Assembly (NCBI GenBank): GCA_963838285.1 | Contig: CAWIQP010000006.1 | Coordinates: 63,267-127,266 of the forward strand | DNA: 64,000 nt | Direction of reading: 5' to 3' | Source: an uncultured Chloroflexia bacterium | GTDB lineage: Bacteria > Chloroflexota > Limnocylindria > Limnocylindrales > CSP1-4 | In this document: positions 1 through 11,445 of the stretch, one piece after another | Layout: each line of letters opens with the position of its first letter | Position numbering within the stretch: the stretch's first letter is position 1 | Made by a program: the position numbers and the translations under genes | Notes under the pieces: generated by a model | The model's input: the letters and a program-made list of their open reading frames with translations, nothing else | What the model was told of the DNA's origin: nothing | Database searches by the model: none

Positions 1-1
1 C

Positions 2-280
2 CGCGGCGAGTATCTCTGCTCACGCGTCTATGCCGTGCTCAAGCGGCCGGAGCCGTCGGTCTGGCACGCCCGCCGCTGCCTGGAGATCCTGACCGCTGCC
101 GGCGGCGGCGAGGATCACGACCTGGCCGCGGCCTACGAAGCCCTGGCCCGGGCCTATGCCACGAGTGGCGACCGGGCCGTGTCCCGCGGCTGGATCGAGA
201 AGGCACGCGTGGCCCTGGACGCGATCTCCAATCCGAAGGACCGCAAGCCTATCGAGGACGATCTGGCCACGATCGAGTAG
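2..280 (+). CDS. hypothetical protein, C-terminal fragment (5' end lies outside the window)
   Basis: The frame is open from the window edge to TAG at 278-280. The tail reads ...AYEALARAYATSGDRAVSRGWIEKARVALDAISNPKDRKPIEDDLATIE. No family recognised. Confidence 0.35.
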   Translation, partial: RGEYLCSRVYAVLKRPEPSVWHARRCLEILTAAGGGEDHDLAAAYEALARAYATSGDRAVSRGWIEKARVALDAISNPKDRKPIEDDLATIE

Positions 281-331
281 GGCCGGCGCCGCGGATCGGC
301 AATCGGAGGGGCCGGCGCCGGGTTGTCCAAG

Positions 332-369
332 GCATGGGCGGCGGCTGACGGCATGGGCGGCGGCTGACG
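332..369. repeat. 19-bp perfect tandem duplication (GCATGGGCGGCGGCTGACG x2)
   Basis: Read directly: 332-350 equals 351-369. Confidence 0.9.
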
Positions 370-406
370 GAGCGCGTCACCCATGACCTGGGTAGCCGGC
401 TCTTTC

Positions 407-668
407 AGCCAAATGCCGATGGGAATAGCAGGGGGCGAGGCGGCGGTCGCGATCGTCCCGCTCGACCGACCCCGCCCATGGCCAGATTCCGGTGGGGGCG
501 GCACGCGGCCAGGTCGGCCATCGTCGGCACCCTCGGAAACGCCCGGATTCGTACGAACAAGCCCGGTCCGCGGTCTCCGAATGGCCGGCGACGCCGGCTT
601 CGGCACGTCCCGGTCGACCGAACGCGCGTGCAGCCGTCCCCGCGCTACCCGGGCTGGAATCTGGCCAG
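407..668 (-). repeat. copy A of a dispersed element with imperfect terminal inverted repeats (MITE-like or structured-RNA family)
   Basis: On the minus strand it starts CTGGCCAGATTCCAGCCCGGGTAGCGCG (revcomp of 641-668) and ends CTGCTATTCCCATCGGCATTTGGCTGA (revcomp of 405-431). The same two end modules occur at 51797-51998 and 57354-57543. Confidence 0.6.
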
Positions 669-769
669 AATCCCGCGGCGCCCGTCCGCGGCGCCCGGCG
701 CCGCAATCCCGCGCGGCGCCCGTCCGCCCCGCCCCGCGCCGACACGCACCGCTCCCCGCCCCGCGCCGC

Positions 770-3037
770 TCAGTGGCGGAAGTGGCGCACGCCAGTGAGC
801 AGCATCGACGCGCCCGCCTTCTCCGCGGCTTCGATCGCGTCCTTGTCGTGGATCGAGCCGCCGGGCTGAGCGAATGCCGTCACGCCCGCGTCCAGGCAGA
901 CCTGGACCGCGTCGGGGAACGGGTAGAACGCGTCGGAGCCGCACGCGGCGCCTACCAGAGCGTCCGGCCCCTGGAAGGCGATCGCCTTGGCCACCGCCTG
1001 GCGGGCGGCGTCGACGCGGCTGGTCTGCCCGGAGCCCAGGCCAATCTCCATCCCGTCCTTGACCAGCACGATGGCGTTGGAGACGACGCCGCGGCAAAGG
1101 CGCCAGGCGAGATCCAGATCGCGCATCTCGGCGTCGGAGGGCGCACGTGTCGTCGCCAGCTTCCACGTCGACGGGTCGTCCGGGAGAACGTCGGGCGCCG
1201 TGACCAGGACGCCGCCGCCGGCCACTCGGATCGACCCGAGCGGATCCGGCACAGGCGCGGCCACCGCGGAGCCCAGCAGGACATCCTCCAGCAGCCGAAG
1301 GTTCGTCTTCCGGGCCAGGATCGCCAGCGCCTCCGGCGAGTACGACGGGGCCACGATCACTTCCAGGAAGATCGACGCCATAGCCTCCGCGGTGGCGGGA
1401 TCGACTTCGCGGGTCAGCGCCACGACCCCCCCGTAGGCGGAAACCGGATCTCCGGCCAGGGCCGACCGCCACGCCTCCAGCAGTGTCCCTCGCTCCGCCG
1501 CCCCGCACGGGTTGGTGTGCTTGACGATCACGCACGCGGGGCCGCGCAGCTGGCGAGCGGCGGCATCGGCGCCCGACGCGTCCAGTACGTTGTTGTACGA
1601 CAGCGCCTTGCCCTGCAGGATCGTGCCGCCGAGCGCGAACGGCCCGGCCCATTTGCTCGTGCCGGGGCGGCGATAGCGGGCCGCCCGCTGGTGCGGGTTC
1701 TCGCCATAGCGCAGCGTCTCTACCTTCTCCAGGCCCACGACCAGCGTCGGCGGGTACGGGTCGGCGGAGCCCGGGAGACCCGGCTCGTCCGGTAGTTCGA
1801 CGCCGGCCGCGGCCATTCGACCGGGCAGCTCGGCGGCGATTCGCGCGTCGTAGGCGCCGGTGTGGCGGAATGCCTCGACCGCCAGCGCCGAACGCAGACC
1901 CTCCCCCACCCGTCCGTTCTCTTCGAGTTCCTCCAGCACGGCCGAATACCGATCGGGCGAGGTCACGACGGCCACCGACGCGTGGTTCTTGGCCGCCGCC
2001 CGAACCATCGACGGCCCGCCGATGTCGATCTCCTCGACCAGCGAGTCGAACGTGATGCCGGGCTTTTCGGCCGCCGCGGCGAACGGATACAGATTGACCA
2101 CGACGAGATCGAACGGCTCGATGGCGGCCGCGGCGAGCTGCTCGCGATGGCTGGACAGCCGCCGATCGGCCAGGATCCCGCCGTGGACCCGCGGGTGAAG
2201 CGTCTTGACCCGCCCGTCCAGCATCTCCGGGAAGCCCGTGACCGCGGCGACGTCGGTGACCGGCAGGCCGGCCGAGCGCAGCGCCTTCGCCGTGCCGCCG
2301 GTCGACACCAGCTCGAAGCCGAGGCGGACGAGCCCGGCGCCGAACTCGGCCAGGCCGGTCTTGTCGGAGACCGACAGGAGCGCCCGCTTGGGGACAGGCA
2401 TCCACTCGGCCGCCCGGGCGGCGTCGATTCGAACCGTTCGACCGTCCGGCTCGATCGACAGCGCGCCGGCCAGCCACAGCCCCGCCGCCCTCGGCAGCAG
2501 TCGATGCTCGACCGCGTGGATCCGCTCGAAGAGCGTCTCCTCCGTGTCGCCGGAAAGGACGGGCACGGAGTCCTGGACGACGATGGGGCCGCCGTCGAGC
2601 GTGGCGTCGACGAAATGGACGGTCACGCCCGTGACCTTGACCCCGGCCGCCAGGGCGTCGCGCACGGCATGGGCTCCGGGGAACGCCGGCAGCAGCGAAG
2701 GATGGAGGTTCAGCATCCGGCCGGCGAAGGCGGCGAGCATCGCGGGCCCGGTCATGCGCATGTAACCCGCCAGTACGACCAGCTCGGGACCGACGGCCGC
2801 GACCGACTCGGCGAGAACCCGGTCTTCCTCGGCCCGTGCCGCGTCGTCGCCCCGCGGCGCCGCCGGCACGAGGAGCGTCTCGATCCCCTGCTCTACCGCC
2901 CAATCCATGGCGGCGCACGGACGGTCGGCAAAGACCATGACTATCTCGGCGTCGAGCGCCCCACGCGACGCCGCGGCATGAAGAGCACGCAGGTTGCTGC
3001 CGGTTCCAGAAACGCCAACCGCGATCCGATGCGCCAC
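770..3037 (-). CDS. purH: fused PurN-PurH: GAR formyltransferase (aa 1-212) joined in frame to AICAR formyltransferase/IMP cyclohydrolase (aa 213-755)
   Basis: The N-terminal part has PurN motifs (GSGSNL-like GTGSNLRAL, NLHPSLLPAFPG, VTVHFVD). After ...AARAAEW comes MPVPKRALLSVSDKTGL...GGTAKAL...LHPRVHGGIL...FLEVIVAP...AFAQPGGS, which is typical PurH. There is no stop between the two parts; the junction reads TGG ATG at 2399-2404. Confidence 0.85.
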   Translation of the reverse strand: MAHRIAVGVSGTGSNLRALHAAASRGALDAEIVMVFADRPCAAMDWAVEQGIETLLVPAAPRGDDAARAEEDRVLAESVAAVGPELVVLAGYMRMTGPAMLAAFAGRMLNLHPSLLPAFPGAHAVRDALAAGVKVTGVTVHFVDATLDGGPIVVQDSVPVLSGDTEETLFERIHAVEHRLLPRAAGLWLAGALSIEPDGRTVRIDAARAAEWMPVPKRALLSVSDKTGLAEFGAGLVRLGFELVSTGGTAKALRSAGLPVTDVAAVTGFPEMLDGRVKTLHPRVHGGILADRRLSSHREQLAAAAIEPFDLVVVNLYPFAAAAEKPGITFDSLVEEIDIGGPSMVRAAAKNHASVAVVTSPDRYSAVLEELEENGRVGEGLRSALAVEAFRHTGAYDARIAAELPGRMAAAGVELPDEPGLPGSADPYPPTLVVGLEKVETLRYGENPHQRAARYRRPGTSKWAGPFALGGTILQGKALSYNNVLDASGADAAARQLRGPACVIVKHTNPCGAAERGTLLEAWRSALAGDPVSAYGGVVALTREVDPATAEAMASIFLEVIVAPSYSPEALAILARKTNLRLLEDVLLGSAVAAPVPDPLGSIRVAGGGVLVTAPDVLPDDPSTWKLATTRAPSDAEMRDLDLAWRLCRGVVSNAIVLVKDGMEIGLGSGQTSRVDAARQAVAKAIAFQGPDALVGAACGSDAFYPFPDAVQVCLDAGVTAFAQPGGSIHDKDAIEAAEKAGASMLLTGVRHFRH

Positions 3038-3103
3038 GCCTCTGCTCCTCCATGCCGGCCGTTCGGGCGCCCCCGGGCACCGCCGAACGTCACCGGAACT
3101 GCG

Positions 3104-4231
3104 TCACGACTCCGAATAGCGCGCCCCCGGCGCGTCGATTGCCACGACCTCGCCCACCTCCCAGGCGGTCAGACCGTTCTCCGCCAGGCTGGAAACCGCC
3201 GCGCCGACGCCCCCGGAAGGCACGACGCAGACCATGCCGAGGCCGCCGTTGAAGGTCGACCGCAGCTCGGCGTCCGAGAGTCCGCCCAGCGCACCCATGA
3301 GCCGCATGACCGACGGCATCGGCCAGCGGCCGGGATGAACCCGCGCGGCCAGCCCCTCCGGCAGGACCCGAGGCACGTTGCCGGGCAGTCCGCCGCCCGT
3401 GACATGGGCCACTCCCGCCAGGGGCGCGCCCGCCTCGTCGAGCCGGCGCCGAAGCGCGAGGATCGCCTTCGAGTAGATCCGCGTCGGCGTCAGCAATACC
3501 TCTCCAAGGCTGAGGGGAAGCGTCTCCGCCTCGGGCGCCGTCGCCGGTCCCAGGATCCGCCCGACCAGCTCCGCGTAGCCCTCGCCCAGCGGCACCTCCG
3601 TCTCGGCCAGGATGCGCCGCACGAGCGAGAAGCCGTTGCTGTGCAGGCCCGAAGAGGCGATCCCCACCAGCGCGTCGCCCTCCCGGGCGGCCGTGCCGTC
3701 GAGCAGCCGGTCTCGCTCGACGACCCCGACGCAGAAGCCGGCCATGTCGAACTCGTCGGGCTCCATCAACCCGGGGTGTTCGGCCGTCTCGCCGCCGATG
3801 AGCGAGCAACCGGCCAGCGTGCAGCCGTCGGCTATCGAGGCCACCATCGCCGACACGCGCTCGGGGAATACACGCCCCACGGCGACGTAGTCCAGGAAGA
3901 AGAGCGGCTCCGCCCCGGCGCAGACGAGGTCGTCTGCGCACATCGCCACCAGGTCGTGGCCGACGGTGTCGTATCGGGCCAGCGCCATCGCGATGGCCGT
4001 CTTCGTGCCCACACCGTCCGTGGAGCTGACCAGGACCGGCTCGCGCATGCCCCCGGGCAGGGCCATCGCGGAAGCGAATCCGCCGAGCCCGCCGATCACC
4101 TCCGGCCGGGTCGTGGCCGCCACCGATGCCCGCATCAACTCGACGGCTCGCTCGCCGGCATCGATGTCCACGCCGGCACGGCGGTAGGCGTCCCAAGCGC
4201 CGCCCCGCTTGGCACCCCGAGCGTCACTCAT
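3104..4231 (-). CDS. purM: phosphoribosylformylglycinamidine cyclo-ligase (AIR synthetase)
   Basis: YRRAGVDIDAGE...GGLGGFA...STDGVGTK...GHDLVAMCADDL...FLDY...HVTGGG motifs. Confidence 0.9.
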   Translation of the reverse strand: MSDARGAKRGGAWDAYRRAGVDIDAGERAVELMRASVAATTRPEVIGGLGGFASAMALPGGMREPVLVSSTDGVGTKTAIAMALARYDTVGHDLVAMCADDLVCAGAEPLFFLDYVAVGRVFPERVSAMVASIADGCTLAGCSLIGGETAEHPGLMEPDEFDMAGFCVGVVERDRLLDGTAAREGDALVGIASSGLHSNGFSLVRRILAETEVPLGEGYAELVGRILGPATAPEAETLPLSLGEVLLTPTRIYSKAILALRRRLDEAGAPLAGVAHVTGGGLPGNVPRVLPEGLAARVHPGRWPMPSVMRLMGALGGLSDAELRSTFNGGLGMVCVVPSGGVGAAVSSLAENGLTAWEVGEVVAIDAPGARYSES

Positions 4232-5699
4232 GGGGATGCATCGTGGCGATCGCCTCTACCTCTCCCTGCGAGACTGGCTCGCCGGCCGCGTCCTCCAGGA
4301 CGAACTTGTGGCGGGCCGTGTCGTACGGGACCGGCACCGGGTAGCGCCCGTCGAAGCAGGCGAAGCAGAACCTGTCGTACGGCAGGTCGAGCGCCTGCAG
4401 GACCCCGCCGATCGAGAGGAACGTCAGCGAATCCGCCCCGACGAACTCCCGGATCTCATCGACGGAGTGCGTCGACGCGATCAACTCGGTCTCGATCTGG
4501 GTGTCGATGCCGTAGAAGCAGGGGTGGTGGATCGGCGGCGAGCTGATGCGCAGGTGGACCTCGGTGGCGCCGGCCTTCCGCAGCAGAGCCACTATCTGGC
4601 GGGTGGTGGTGCCGCGCACGATCGAATCGTCCACGACGATCAGCCGCTTGCCCGCCACGACTTCGCGCAGCGGGCTCAGCTTGACGGTGACGCCGCGCTG
4701 ACGCATGCCCTGGGATGGCTGGATGAAGGTGCGGCCCGAGTAGCGGTTTCGGACCATGCCCTCGCGATACGGCAGCCCGGAGCCCTCGGCGAACCCGGCG
4801 GCCGCCGGCGCGCCCGTGTCCGGCACCGGCATCACCAGGTCGGCCGCGACGGGCGCCTCCGCCGCGAGGGCGACGCCCATCCGGCGCCGCGACTCGTACA
4901 GATTGCGGCCGAGCATGTACGAATCAGGCCGGCCGAAGTAGATCAGCTCGAAGACGCACAGCTGTTCGTGGCCCACGGCAAAGCGCGTCGAGACCGGATC
5001 CCTGCCCTCCTCGAGGATCACGATCTCGCCCGGCTCGATGTCCCGAACCACCGTTCCGCCGGCCACCTCGATCGCCGCCGACTCCGAGCTGATGAGCCAG
5101 CCGCCCGAGTGCTTGCCCTCGGGGTCGTCCGCCGCCGGCTCGAGCCTGCCCAGGACGAGCGGACGGAATCCGAAGGGATCGCGCACGCCGATGACGCGCT
5201 TCTCGTCGAGAATGGCCAGCGAGTAGGCGCCCTGGACCGCCGGCAGGACCCGCTTCAGCGCTTCGACCGTGTCGCCCGACGGGTCGTCCGCCAGCAGCGC
5301 GGTCAGCAGCTCTGTGTCGGTGGACGCGGCAAGGCGCGACTTGCCGCCCTCCAGCCTTGCGAGCAGCTCGCGAGTGTTCACCAGGTTGCCGTTGTGGCCG
5401 ATGGCGATCGACTTGCCGCGGCCCATCCGGAAGGTCGGCTGGGCGTTCTCCCAGACCGTCGATCCGGTTGTGGAATAGCGGCAGTGGGCGATGGCCAGGG
5501 AGCCGCGCAGGCTGGGCAGCCGCCGCTCGTCGAGGACCTGGGCGATCAGTCCCAGATCCTTGTACAGCATCAGCTGCTCGCCGTCGCTGACGGCCAGCCC
5601 GGCGGACTCCTGACCTCTGTGCTGCAGCGAGAAGACGCCGAGCGCGGCCATCCCCGCGGCATCTCTGCCCGGAGTCACCGCGCCGAAGATGCCGCACAC
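4224..5699 (-). CDS. purF: amidophosphoribosyltransferase
   Basis: MCGIFG N-terminal nucleophile, LQHRGQESAG, GHNGNL, the PRTase motif LIVVDDSIVRGTT, and CFYGID. Confidence 0.95.
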   Translation of the reverse strand: MCGIFGAVTPGRDAAGMAALGVFSLQHRGQESAGLAVSDGEQLMLYKDLGLIAQVLDERRLPSLRGSLAIAHCRYSTTGSTVWENAQPTFRMGRGKSIAIGHNGNLVNTRELLARLEGGKSRLAASTDTELLTALLADDPSGDTVEALKRVLPAVQGAYSLAILDEKRVIGVRDPFGFRPLVLGRLEPAADDPEGKHSGGWLISSESAAIEVAGGTVVRDIEPGEIVILEEGRDPVSTRFAVGHEQLCVFELIYFGRPDSYMLGRNLYESRRRMGVALAAEAPVAADLVMPVPDTGAPAAAGFAEGSGLPYREGMVRNRYSGRTFIQPSQGMRQRGVTVKLSPLREVVAGKRLIVVDDSIVRGTTTRQIVALLRKAGATEVHLRISSPPIHHPCFYGIDTQIETELIASTHSVDEIREFVGADSLTFLSIGGVLQALDLPYDRFCFACFDGRYPVPVPYDTARHKFVLEDAAGEPVSQGEVEAIATMHPHE

Positions 5700-5701
5700 G
5701 G

Positions 5702-8128
<2,427 letters not shown>

Positions 8129-8132
<4 letters not shown>

Positions 8133-8878
8133 GCCCGGGCCTCCGTGATTGCCTTCGGGGCCGGCCGGCCGGCCGCCTCCCAGTCCTTCGCGCTGTCCAC
8201 CAGTGAGCGGATCAGCTGCATGCCGTCGTCGCTGCCCAGGATCGTCTCGGACATGCGCTCGGGGTGAGGCATCAGGCCGGCCACGTTTCCGGCCGAGTTG
8301 CAGACGCCGGCGATGCCCCGCAGCGAGCCGTTGGGATTGGCCGGGTCGTCGGGATCGAAGGCCGGAGAGCCGTTCCCGCGGACGTACCGGAACAGCACCT
8401 GGCCGCTGGTCTCGAGCGCGTCGAGCGTGGCCTCGTCGGCGTAGTAGCAGCCCTCGCCGTGGGCGATCGGGATGCGGATCGGGGCGCCGTTCGCGGCGCG
8501 CGTGAAGGGCGAGTCCAGCCGCTCCGGCTTGATGGCAACGATCTTGCTGGCGAAGCGGAGCGAGCGGTTGCGCAGCAGAGCGCCGGGTACCAGCCCCGAT
8601 TCCGCGAGAACCTGGAAGCCGTTGCAGATTCCCAGGACGTACCCGCCTGCCGCGGCGAAATCCTTCACGCCCCGCATGACCGGCGAGAAGCGCGCGATCA
8701 CGCCGGCCCGGAGGTAGTCGCCGTAGGCGAAGCCGCCCGGCAGGATCACGGCGGAAACGCCGCTCAGATCGGGCGACTCGTGCCACAGCGTGACCGGCTC
8801 GACGCCCGCGACCGCCAGCGCGTTGAGCGCGTCGACGTCCGAGTTCGAGCCCGGAAAGGTGACGACCCCTACTCTCAC
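8129..8878 (-). CDS. purQ: FGAM synthase I, glutamine amidotransferase subunit
   Basis: VVTFPGSN...[13 protein letters not shown]...GICNGFQVL...MPHPER. GTG start overlaps the purS stop (GTGA). Its stop overlaps the purL ATG (ATGA). Confidence 0.9.
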
Positions 8879-9165
8879 TGTCCCGGAGCCTTTCCCGATA
8901 CCGCCGAGGACGTGGCTTCCAGGAGCTCGATCGCGTATGTCTCGATCAGCGGGTTGCTGAGCAGCTCTCCGGCAAGGCCGTCGACTACGGAACGCGCCTC
9001 GGCTTCCGATGCGGCCGTGACCGTGAGCTCGGCCCGGCGCCCGACGCGGACGGCCGAGACGTTCGTGACATTGAGGTGGGGCAGGCTCAGCTCCACTGCC
9101 CGACCCTGCGGATCGAGGATGCCCGGCTTGGGCAGAACGTTGACGGCATACCGGAACTCGCTCAT
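8875..9165 (-). CDS. purS: FGAM synthase PurS subunit
   Basis: 96-aa protein [25 protein letters not shown]..., a PurS-like fold signature. It sits between purC and purQ with 4-nt overlaps. Confidence 0.85.
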   Translation of the reverse strand: MSEFRYAVNVLPKPGILDPQGRAVELSLPHLNVTNVSAVRVGRRAELTVTAASEAEARSVVDGLAGELLSNPLIETYAIELLEATSSAVSGKAPGQ

Positions 9166-10124
9166 CGGGCGACCACGTCCTCCTTCAGGTAGCGATCGAA
9201 GCTGGCTCCGCTGATCCGCTCGAACGCTTCCACGTACCGCCGGCGGGTCCCGGCCACGATTTCGGCCGGGAGCTCGGGTCCCGGATAGGTCTTGTCCCAC
9301 GGCTGGGATTCCAACCAGTCGCGCACGGGTTGCTTGTCGAAGCTGGCCTGGGCGCGCCCCGGCTCGTAGGTCGAGGCATCCCAGAAGCGGCTGGAGTCGG
9401 GCGTCATGACCTCGTCGATCAGGATCAATTCGCCGTTGTCCACGGCCACGCCCAGCTCGAACTTGGTGTCGGCGAGCAGGATGCCGGCCTTCTCCGCGAT
9501 CTCGGCGCCGCGCTCGTAGAGGCTGAGCGCCACCTCGTGCACCTTCTCCGCCATCTCGCCGCCGACGAGCGCGACCATGGCGTCGAAGCCGATGTTCTCG
9601 TCGTGGCCGACCTCCGCCTTCGTGGACGGCGTGAAGATCGGGTGTGGCAGGCGATCCGACTCGCGCAATCCCTCCGGCAGCTTGATCCCGCAGATCTCCC
9701 CGGTCCGCTTGTAGTCCTTCCATCCGGAACCGGACACGTAGCCGCGCACGATCACCTCGACCGGCAGCACCTTCGCCCGGCGGCACAGCATCATCCGGCC
9801 GCGCAGCTCTCGTAGGCCTGCTTCGTCGGTGAAGCCAGCCGGCAGCTCGGCGGGATCCGTGCCCAGGAGGTGGTTCTGGACGATGTCGGTCGTATGGTCG
9901 AACCAGAAGCGCGACAGCCCGGTCAGGACGCGGCCCTTGTCGGGGATCGGCGTCGGCAGGACCACGTCGAACGCGGAGAGGCGGTCGCTGGCGACCAGCA
10001 GCAGCCGATCGCCCACCTCGAACAGGTCGCGCACCTTGCCCGAGCGCACGAACCCGCCCGAGGCGTGCAGTGCAGGCCCGGTCGTTCGAGGATCGCCCGG
10101 GTTGGTGGTCTCAGCGCTTGGCAC
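9162..10124 (-). CDS. purC: SAICAR synthetase
   Basis: GKVRDLF...ASDRLSAFD...LPTPIPDKG...LADTKFELG...LIDEVMTPDSSRFW. Confidence 0.9.
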   Translation of the reverse strand: MPSAETTNPGDPRTTGPALHASGGFVRSGKVRDLFEVGDRLLLVASDRLSAFDVVLPTPIPDKGRVLTGLSRFWFDHTTDIVQNHLLGTDPAELPAGFTDEAGLRELRGRMMLCRRAKVLPVEVIVRGYVSGSGWKDYKRTGEICGIKLPEGLRESDRLPHPIFTPSTKAEVGHDENIGFDAMVALVGGEMAEKVHEVALSLYERGAEIAEKAGILLADTKFELGVAVDNGELILIDEVMTPDSSRFWDASTYEPGRAQASFDKQPVRDWLESQPWDKTYPGPELPAEIVAGTRRRYVEAFERISGASFDRYLKEDVVAR

Positions 10125-11445
10125 CTGCGGCCTCCTTTCGAGTCGGGACCAGATCGTCGAGCCGTGCCATCGCCGTGGCCACGTTCCGCAGGAAGTTGCT
10201 CTCGTCGAAGCAGGCGGCCAGGGCTTCGTCGGACAGCCTCGCGGCGACGTCGGGATCGGCGGCGAGCAGGTCGCGCAGCTGGCGGCGCTCGTCGGCCGCC
10301 TTCATCGAGTTGCGCTGGACGACCGCGTACGCGTCCTCGCGAGACATTCCCGCCTCCTCGATCAGCGCCGCGAGCACGCGGCTGCTGCAGTGGAGACCCA
10401 GGCCGCGCTCGATGTTCTCGCGCATACGCTCCGGGCGGACGACCAGCCGCTCCACCAGGCCGCGCGTCTTGACCAGCATGTAGTCGAGCAGGATCGTGGC
10501 GTCGGGGAGCAGCACTCGTTCCGCGGACGAGTGGCTGATGTCGCGCTCGTGCCAGAGCGGCTGATTCTCCAGCGCCGCCGCGGCGTAGCCGCGCAGCAGA
10601 CGGGCCATCCCGGCGATGCGCTCGCACAGGATGGGGTTGCGCTTGTGGGGCATGGCCGAGCTGCCCTTCTGACCGGCCCGGAACGGCTCCATCAGCTCGC
10701 CGATCTCGGTGTGCTGGAGGTTGCGCACTTCGGTCGCGATCCGCTCCAGGCTGCCGCCCGTGACGGCGACCGCGGCGACCAGCGCCGCGTGCCTGTCGCG
10801 CTGGACGATCTGCGTGGAGATCGGATCGCGACGCAATCCCAGGTCGGCCAGTACGTCCTCCTCCAGGTCCGGGTCGAGATGGCTGTACGTGCCCACCGGA
10901 CCGGAGATCTTGCCGGTCGCGGCGTCGTCGATCGCGGCGGCAAGGCGGTCGCGGTCACGCGCGATCTCGAAGGCCCAGCCGGCGATCTTCATGCCAAGGG
11001 TCGTCGGCTCGGCGTGGACCGAATGGGTGCGGCCCATCATCACCGTGTTCGCCTCGGCTCGGGCGCGCGCGACCAGGGCCTCGACGAGCGCGTCGCAGTC
11101 TTCGACCAGACGCGCTCCGGCGGCCTGAAGCTGCAGCGCCAGCGCGGTGTCGAGGACGTCGCTGCTCGTCAGGCCGAGATGCAGGTAGCGGCCCTCCTCG
11201 CCCACGGTCTCCGCGACCTGGCTGACGAAGGCGATGACGTCGTGGTCCGTGGTCTTCTCGATCTCGGCGATCCGGTCGACGTCCACCCGTGCGCGGGACT
11301 CGATGGCACGGAGCGCCGCGGCCGGAACCATGCCCCGCGAAACCTCGGCTCGGGCGACGGCTATCTCGACCCGCAGCATCCCCTCGAAGTGGGCCCGATC
11401 CGTCCAGATGGCGCCCATCTCGGGCAGTGTGTATCGCGGAATCAT
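10111..11445 (-). CDS. purB: adenylosuccinate lyase
   Basis: MIPRYTLPEM...TSSDVLDTA...GRTHSVHAEPTT...GSSAMPHKRNP signature. The ATG at 11445 overlaps the purD stop (ATGA). Confidence 0.9.
   Translation of the reverse strand: MIPRYTLPEMGAIWTDRAHFEGMLRVEIAVARAEVSRGMVPAAALRAIESRARVDVDRIAEIEKTTDHDVIAFVSQVAETVGEEGRYLHLGLTSSDVLDTALALQLQAAGARLVEDCDALVEALVARARAEANTVMMGRTHSVHAEPTTLGMKIAGWAFEIARDRDRLAAAIDDAATGKISGPVGTYSHLDPDLEEDVLADLGLRRDPISTQIVQRDRHAALVAAVAVTGGSLERIATEVRNLQHTEIGELMEPFRAGQKGSSAMPHKRNPILCERIAGMARLLRGYAAAALENQPLWHERDISHSSAERVLLPDATILLDYMLVKTRGLVERLVVRPERMRENIERGLGLHCSSRVLAALIEEAGMSREDAYAVVQRNSMKAADERRQLRDLLAADPDVAARLSDEALAACFDESNFLRNVATAMARLDDLVPTRKEAAGAKR

Noticed and set aside
645-4546. 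Very long ORFs in the track that overlap the pur genes in other frames or strands, for example 645-3080 minus (811 aa) and 1862-4546 plus (894 aa). Similar cases elsewhere are 9829-11769 (646 aa), 39075-40928 (617 aa) and 55521-57671 (716 aa).
   Set aside because: Their translations are monotonous Arg/Gly/Pro/Ala/Asp strings with no recognisable motif. They lie antisense to, or out of frame with, genes that have unmistakable family signatures. Stop codons are rare by chance in DNA this GC-rich.
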